Below are positions 58,490 through 64,000 of a stretch of DNA of 64,000 nt, piece by piece. The translations under genes were made by a program, and so were the position numbers. The stretch is from the NCBI GenBank assembly GCA_963727455.1, contig CAVSGG010000010.1:64001-128000 (forward strand). The letters are read 5' to 3'. Under the pieces are notes generated by a model, which did no database searches, had not been told where the DNA came from, and saw only the letters and a program-made list of their open reading frames with translations. This DNA comes from Candidatus Krumholzibacteriota bacterium. GTDB lineage: Bacteria > Krumholzibacteriota > Krumholzibacteriia > JAJRXK01. Position 1 is the stretch's first letter, and every line of letters begins with the position of its first letter.

Positions 58490-58572
58490 GAGCCTCACCG
58501 GTGCACCGGAATTTTCGCCTGTGCCGACCAACTCCAACTCACACGATCACAAGTGCTTCAGGGATTATCTTC

Positions 58573-60402
58573 GTGAATGCTCCTAACGCTGAGCGTCGTC
58601 CGATCCGCCTTTTGGATCCCTCCTGCGTCGACCGTATCGCGGCCGGCGAGGTGGTGGAACGCCCGGCCTCGGCGGTCAAGGAACTGGTGGAAAACGCTCT
58701 GGATGCCGGTGCGCGCCACATCGTGATCCGGCTGAAGCATGGTGGGCTCGAGGAAATTACGGTGGAGGATGACGGGAGCGGGATCCCGGTGCGGGAAGTG
58801 CCCCTGGCGGTGGAGGCGCACGCGACCTCGAAAATCGCCGGCAGCGGCGATCTGCTCGCGGTGCATTCCTTCGGCTTCCGTGGCGAAGCGCTGGCGTCCA
58901 TTGCTTCGGTGAGCCGCTTCTCCCTGCGCTCGCGCGCCGCCGAGGAGGATCTTGGTACGCGCCTCGATCTGGTGGGGGGACGCATCGAGCGCAAGGAAGC
59001 CTTGGCGAGACATCCGGGTACCAGCGTCACTGCCTGCGACCTCTTCTTCAATCTGCCGGCGCGCCGCCAATTCTTGAAGGGGGAATCCAGCGAGAACAGA
59101 GCGGTAACACAGGTGGTCACCGCCCTCGCTCTGGCGCACCCGGAGGTCGCATTTCGTCTGGAGTCCTCCGGGCGTGTGAGCCTGGATCTTCCCAGCGCGC
59201 TCGATTTGGAGACGCGAGTTCACGGAGTCTTCGGGTCCTCGGTAGCCGAGCATCTGCGGCGTTTCGAAGCGCAAGTTCAAGGAATCCGCGTGGAGGGGCT
59301 GTGCAGTCTTCCCACCTACACCCGCGGCAACCGGACGGGACAGTTTGTCTTCGTGAATCGGCGCAACGTGAACGACAAGGGTCTGAGCCACGCCATTCAG
59401 CACGCCTATCGTGAGGTCATTCCCGCCGGGCGTTTTCCCCTGGTGCTGCTCTTTTTGGAAGTGTCGCCCTCGCGCGTGGACGTGAACATCCATCCCACCA
59501 AAGCGGAAATCCGCCTGCGCGATTCCGGAACCGCGCACGAGCTCGTCCGTCACGCGATTCAGGACGCCCTTGCCCTGCGAAGTGAGAGCAGGGGAAGAAC
59601 GGCGCACGAGACGACGAGGGTAGAGGACGAGGCCATGGAGCACCTGCGGCGTACCGCGGAGGAGGTGTTTCGGCACGGACCTACCGAGGGACATTCCACT
59701 TCTTACGGACCGGCGTGGAGTCGCAGCAAGGAGGCGCCCACTCTCTTCGAGGGTGATCGCTCTGCGCAGCCAGAGGGCGGCTTCGTGCCCCAGGGCGCAC
59801 CGGTCGATCCCGGCCTGGGACAGAGTTTGGATATTTCGGCCGGACTGTTCTGGCAGCTGCACTCCACCTTCATCCTCACGCAGATTCGCGGGGCGTTGGT
59901 GATCGTCGATCAGCACAACAGCCACGAGCGGATCCTCTACAACGAGGGGAAGCGCGCGGTGGAGGGGAGGGCGGCCGCCGTCCAGCAGCTGCTCTTTCCC
60001 TGCACCCTCGAGCTTTCGCCCACCGAGCTATCGGCCTACGAAGTGCATCGTGGCGATTTGGAACGCATGGGTTTTCTCACCGAGGCTTTCGGGGGCTCCA
60101 CCGTCCTGGTGCGCGGGATACCCAACGAACTGCGGAACTGGAACGATGGAGCCCTGCTGCGCGATATCTTGGTCGATCTCGCCGAGAGCGGGCGCGGAGG
60201 TAGCGATCCGAAGGAAGCGATTCTCGCCTCGTATGCCTGCCACGGCGCAATTCGCGCCGGCGAGAGACTGACCCTTCCGGAGATGCAGGCGCTCATGGAC
60301 CGTCTTTTCGCGACCGAGCTTCCATACTCTTGTCCCCACGGGCGGCCGACCTTGATCAAGATCGGGCTGCAGGAGTTGGAACGGCGCTTCGGAAGACGTT
60401 GA
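58573..60402 (+). CDS. mutL: DNA mismatch repair endonuclease MutL
   Basis: IAAGEVVERPASAVKELVENALDAGA, HATSKI, GFRGEALASI, DVNIHPTK, endonuclease DQHNSHER, CPHGRPT. Confidence 0.97.
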   Translation: MNAPNAERRPIRLLDPSCVDRIAAGEVVERPASAVKELVENALDAGARHIVIRLKHGGLEEITVEDDGSGIPVREVPLAVEAHATSKIAGSGDLLAVHSFGFRGEALASIASVSRFSLRSRAAEEDLGTRLDLVGGRIERKEALARHPGTSVTACDLFFNLPARRQFLKGESSENRAVTQVVTALALAHPEVAFRLESSGRVSLDLPSALDLETRVHGVFGSSVAEHLRRFEAQVQGIRVEGLCSLPTYTRGNRTGQFVFVNRRNVNDKGLSHAIQHAYREVIPAGRFPLVLLFLEVSPSRVDVNIHPTKAEIRLRDSGTAHELVRHAIQDALALRSESRGRTAHETTRVEDEAMEHLRRTAEEVFRHGPTEGHSTSYGPAWSRSKEAPTLFEGDRSAQPEGGFVPQGAPVDPGLGQSLDISAGLFWQLHSTFILTQIRGALVIVDQHNSHERILYNEGKRAVEGRAAAVQQLLFPCTLELSPTELSAYEVHRGDLERMGFLTEAFGGSTVLVRGIPNELRNWNDGALLRDILVDLAESGRGGSDPKEAILASYACHGAIRAGERLTLPEMQALMDRLFATELPYSCPHGRPTLIKIGLQELERRFGRR

Positions 60403-60405
60403 GTG

Positions 60406-61348
60406 ATGCGACCCGGTGCATCGAGTTTGATTGTTCTCGTGGGCGCCACCGCCAGCGGAAAGACTCGTCTAGCTCTGGAGCTGGCACGAGAATTCGAGTC
60501 TCCTCTCGAACTTATTTCTCTCGACTCGCGGCAGATCTATCGCGGCCTCGACCTGGGGACGGGAAAGCCGAGCCCGCAGGAACGAAAAGCCCTGCCTCAT
60601 CATCTCGTGGACATCATCGATCCCGACGAACGCTTCGACGCAGGACGTTACCGGCGACGTGTCGAGGAGCTCCTGCCAAGACTCTACGAGCGCGGAGTGA
60701 CTCCCATGGTGGTGGGGGGAGCAGGCTTCTATTTGCGAGCGCTGCAGGAGGGTTTTTTCGATCTGCCCGAGGACCCCGAACTCTTGGCCGAACTGCGCCG
60801 CGAGTGGAAGTCGCTTTCGGGGGAAGAACTCAGGAGCAGGTTGCACGAGGTGGATCCCGAGCGCGCGGCGCAACTGCACCCCAACGACCGCTACCGTCTG
60901 GAGCGCGCACTGGAGATTCACGCGCTCAGTGGAAAAAGCATGAGCGAGCTCACGAAGCAGTTCCGGCCGCGCCCCGTTTTGGGACTGAGCTTGCGCATCT
61001 TCCATCTGCAGGAAACGCGCTGGAAGTTGCACGCGAAGATCGCCCGCCGCGCCGAGCAATGGTTGCACGGAGGATGGATCGAAGAGACGCGCGCACTCTT
61101 GCAGGAGGGATGGGGGGAGGATTCCCCGGGACTTTCGATCCTGGGCTACCGGGAGATCGTTTCGTTTCTGAAGAACCCGAGGGAGAGCGAGCAGCTGCTT
61201 CGAGCGGATCCTCGTCTCCACCCGCCGCTACGCGCGACAGCAGGAGATTTGGTTCCGTAAGACGGAAGTGGAGCTGAGAGCGACGCCGGAGAATCCCGCC
61301 CTGAAGAGCCAGCTCCTAGCCGCTCTGCGAGAATCCGCAGCCTCTTGA
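60406..61348 (+). CDS. miaA: tRNA dimethylallyltransferase; C-terminus lies in the +1 frame after about 61171-61201
   Basis: GATASGKT, DSRQIYRGLDLGTGKP, PHHLVD, VGGAGFYL, HPNDRYRLERALE, LGYRE; conserved TRRYARQQEIWFRK in the +1 frame ending at TGA 61346-61348. Confidence 0.9.
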
Positions 61349-61373
61349 CACCCCCTGGTGCCCTTGCTAGCTT
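61345..61373 (+). promoter_or_regulatory. Sigma-70 promoter for tRNA-Gly; -35 overlaps the corrected miaA stop codon
   Basis: TTGACA-17 nt-TAGCTT with a TG extension. Confidence 0.7.
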
Positions 61374-61408
61374 CCCAGCCTGCCTTGCCGCCCGCGGAGG
61401 GGCAGCGA

Positions 61409-61488
<80 letters not shown>

Positions 61489-61574
61489 CTCCCGCCTTTC
61501 TTGCGCATCGTTGCCAGTCCGCGGCGTGACGTCTATCATCAAGACCCGCATTGGCCCGTTCCCGAGGAAATCCA

Positions 61575-62894
61575 GTGATCGCTCTTCAGTGCGCTCCCGC
61601 AGACGGAATCTTGCCGGGCTACAACTGGCGTGAAGGCGATCGTCTGGTGCGCATCGGCGACAGCCCCATCGAGGACATTCTCGATTTCTACTATCTGGGA
61701 GAAGATTCCGCGCGCCTGGATGTCGCCATCCTGGATTGCGATGGCCGTTCCCTTTCCTTCGATCTCAAGGCAGAGGACCTGACTCTTCTGGCCGAGTCCT
61801 TCGCACCGCTGGAGTTCAGGACCTGCGCTTGCCGCTGTGTCTTTTGCTTCATCGACCAGAACCCCCAGGGACTCCGCAAACAGATCTACGTGAAGGACGA
61901 GGATTACCGTCTCAGTTTTCTCTACGGGAACTACATCACCTTGACCAGTCTGGGGCGGCGTGGATTGCGCCGGGTACTCGAGCAGAAGCTGAGTCCACTC
62001 TTCGTCTCGGTGCACGCCACCGACCTCGAGGTGCGCACGAAACTCCTGGGAATCAAACGACGCATCGACGTGCTCGCCATCTTGCGCGAACTCACCAGCA
62101 ATGGAATCGAAGTGCACTGTCAAATCGTGTTGTGTCCCGGCTGGAACGACGGTAAGGTTCTCGATCAGACGGTAATGGATTTGGGCGCGCTCTTTCCCGG
62201 TGTTGCCTCGATCGCCGTCGTCCCCGTCGGATTGAGTGATCACCGCGAGGGGCTTCCCGAACTCAGTCCGGTGACGAAGAGTGACGCACGCAGCGCGCTG
62301 GGACAACTACGGAACTGGCAGGACCGATTTCTCGCGCGCTACGGAGAGCGCCTGGTCTATCTCAGCGACGAGTTCTATCTGCGCGCCGAATTGCCGTTTC
62401 CTCCGCGAGCTTTCTACGCGGACATGCCGCAGGAGGACAATGGAATCGGACAGGCGCGGGCTCTCTTGGAAGAGATTCGCGAGGCCGCATCCAGACTCGC
62501 CAAAGCATCGAGCGAGAAGCGCACCGTCACCGTTCTCACCGGCAGTCTGGGAGCGGCGTTTTTCCAGCGGGACCTGATGCCCCTGCTTCAAGAAATCGAG
62601 TGGCTCGAGCTGCGCGTGGTGGGTATCGAAAACCGGCTCTACGGGAAGGGGATCACGGTGGTGGGCCTCTTGCCCGGACGCGACTTCGCCGACACCATCG
62701 CAAATCTTCCCACCGATTGCGGCCAGGTGCTTCTGCCGGACTCTCCGCTCAATCACGAGGACCTCTTTCTGGACGGGATGAGCCTCGAGGAGTTGCTGCA
62801 GAATGCGGCGCATCCGGTCACGGTGGCACGCGAAGGACTGGTGGAAGCGCTGCTCGAGGTCGCGGCGCAATCCCCAGCGTCCAAGAGGGCTTGA
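61575..62894 (+). CDS. DUF512-family Fe-S (radical-SAM-like) protein with N-terminal PDZ-like domain
   Basis: CACRCVFCFIDQNP.GLR..IYVKDEDYRLSFLYGNYITLT, SVHATD, QIVLCPGWNDG, VVPVGL, SDEFY; upstream of der. Confidence 0.85.
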   Translation: MIALQCAPADGILPGYNWREGDRLVRIGDSPIEDILDFYYLGEDSARLDVAILDCDGRSLSFDLKAEDLTLLAESFAPLEFRTCACRCVFCFIDQNPQGLRKQIYVKDEDYRLSFLYGNYITLTSLGRRGLRRVLEQKLSPLFVSVHATDLEVRTKLLGIKRRIDVLAILRELTSNGIEVHCQIVLCPGWNDGKVLDQTVMDLGALFPGVASIAVVPVGLSDHREGLPELSPVTKSDARSALGQLRNWQDRFLARYGERLVYLSDEFYLRAELPFPPRAFYADMPQEDNGIGQARALLEEIREAASRLAKASSEKRTVTVLTGSLGAAFFQRDLMPLLQEIEWLELRVVGIENRLYGKGITVVGLLPGRDFADTIANLPTDCGQVLLPDSPLNHEDLFLDGMSLEELLQNAAHPVTVAREGLVEALLEVAAQSPASKRA

Positions 62895-62895
62895 G

Positions 62896-64000
62896 ATGAA
62901 CTCCTCATTGGTTGCCATCGTGGGCCGGCCCAATGTGGGCAAGTCGACCCTCTTCAATCGCATCACGCGTTCGCGATCCGCGGTGGTACACGAGAGTGCG
63001 GGGGTGACGCGCGATCGTCACATTCGACCCGCCGAATGGAGCGGGCATCACTTCACCCTCGCGGACACCGGAGGCATCATTCCCTTCGAAGAGGGCACAC
63101 CCTTCGAGCGGGAGATTGCCGAGGTTGCTCGTGCCACCATGAAGATGGCCGACCTCGTCCTCTTCGTGGTGGAAGTAGGCAGCGGCATTACCGCCTACGA
63201 CCAGGCGCTCGCCTCCGAGCTGCACCGACTGGATCAGCCGGTCCACCTGGTGGTGAACAAGGTGGACAAGGAACTGGACCAACTGGAGGCGGCGGAATTT
63301 TACGCTCTGGGCTTTCCCGTCCTACATCAAATTTCCGCTCTGCACGGAAGGGGAGTGGGCGACCTTCTGGATGCCGTGGTAGGGGCTCTTCCGGCACGCG
63401 AGTTCAAGCAAGAAAGCGCGCTGCATTTGGCCCTGGTGGGCCGACCCAACGTGGGCAAGAGCAGCCTGTTGAACGCGCTGACCGGGTCCACCAACAGTCT
63501 GGTGAGTGAGGTGCCCGGAACCACGCGGGACGCGGTGGACAGCCGCATCCGCTGGCACGGGAAGGACCTGGTCCTGGTGGACACGGCCGGAATCCGACGT
63601 CGCTTCAAACACAACAAGGGAGTGGAGTACTTTTCGGTACTGCGCTCGATCCAGGCCATCCAACGTTGCGAGGTGGCGGTGCTGCTCCTGGACGCCACCG
63701 AGGGAGTGGTGGCCCAAGACGCGCGCGTGGCCAGCGAGATCCACGCTGCAGGCAAGGGCGCCCTCATCGCGGTGAACAAGTGGGACGCCATCGAAAAGGA
63801 CACCATGAGCTTCAAGCGCTTCAGCGACCGGATCCGCGAGGATCTGGCGTTTCTGAGCTATGCGCCGGTGATCTCGATATCCGCGCTCCAAGGCACGCGG
63901 ACGCAGCGGATTCTGGAGACGGCCTGGGAAGTGGCCCGCGAACGTGAGAAAATGGTTGAAACAAGCCGCCTAAACAGCATACTGGAGGCCGCAAAGCAAA
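62896..64000 (+). CDS. der: Ribosome biogenesis GTPase Der (EngA), truncated by the window end
   Basis: Two G-domains: VAIVGRPNVGKSTLFN, GVTRDR, DTGGI, NKVD; LVGRPNVGKSSL, PGTTRD, DTAGIRR, NKWD. Confidence 0.96.
   Translation, partial: MNSSLVAIVGRPNVGKSTLFNRITRSRSAVVHESAGVTRDRHIRPAEWSGHHFTLADTGGIIPFEEGTPFEREIAEVARATMKMADLVLFVVEVGSGITAYDQALASELHRLDQPVHLVVNKVDKELDQLEAAEFYALGFPVLHQISALHGRGVGDLLDAVVGALPAREFKQESALHLALVGRPNVGKSSLLNALTGSTNSLVSEVPGTTRDAVDSRIRWHGKDLVLVDTAGIRRRFKHNKGVEYFSVLRSIQAIQRCEVAVLLLDATEGVVAQDARVASEIHAAGKGALIAVNKWDAIEKDTMSFKRFSDRIREDLAFLSYAPVISISALQGTRTQRILETAWEVAREREKMVETSRLNSILEAAKQ

Overview
A GC-rich, gene-dense core-genome window with about 48 genes, almost all on the + strand. 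The long insert-bearing SecA with a WDMVPYDVQ motif, a PorV-like barrel and a secreted M6 protease with a FlgD-Ig/T9SS-type C-terminal domain suggest an FCB-superphylum organism outside Bacteroidota (inference only). Housekeeping blocks include rnr, purC-purH-guaA, secA-trmFO-xerC-hslV-hslU-argF, dapF, rpsT, uvrC-xerD-scpA-scpB-rluB, hisC-aroA-cmk/plsC-rpsA, mtaB-miaB-lapA-lapB, mutS, mutL-miaA-tRNA-Gly(CCC), and DUF512-der (der is truncated by the window end). I see no CRISPR array, prophage, IS element or defence island. The best candidate for an undescribed system is a dispersed sigma-54/c-di-GMP signalling network. Its parts are a PilZ protein, a histidine kinase with two sigma-54 activators, an intact GGEEF cyclase with an unusual N-terminal domain next to comEC, and two well-spaced -24/-12 promoters. 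One promoter precedes a TPR plus J-domain pair with amphipathic tails. The other precedes a Rossmann-like/multi-GAF/degenerate-GGDEF (RxxD) protein between mutS and mutL. Other oddities: five genes end in a TGA stop that is part of the next promoter's TTGAC -35 box, aroA apparently starts at CTG, Cmk is fused to PlsC, short AT-rich patches lie inside GC-rich genes, and two single-base frameshifts (SPOR gene, miaA) are most likely sequencing errors.
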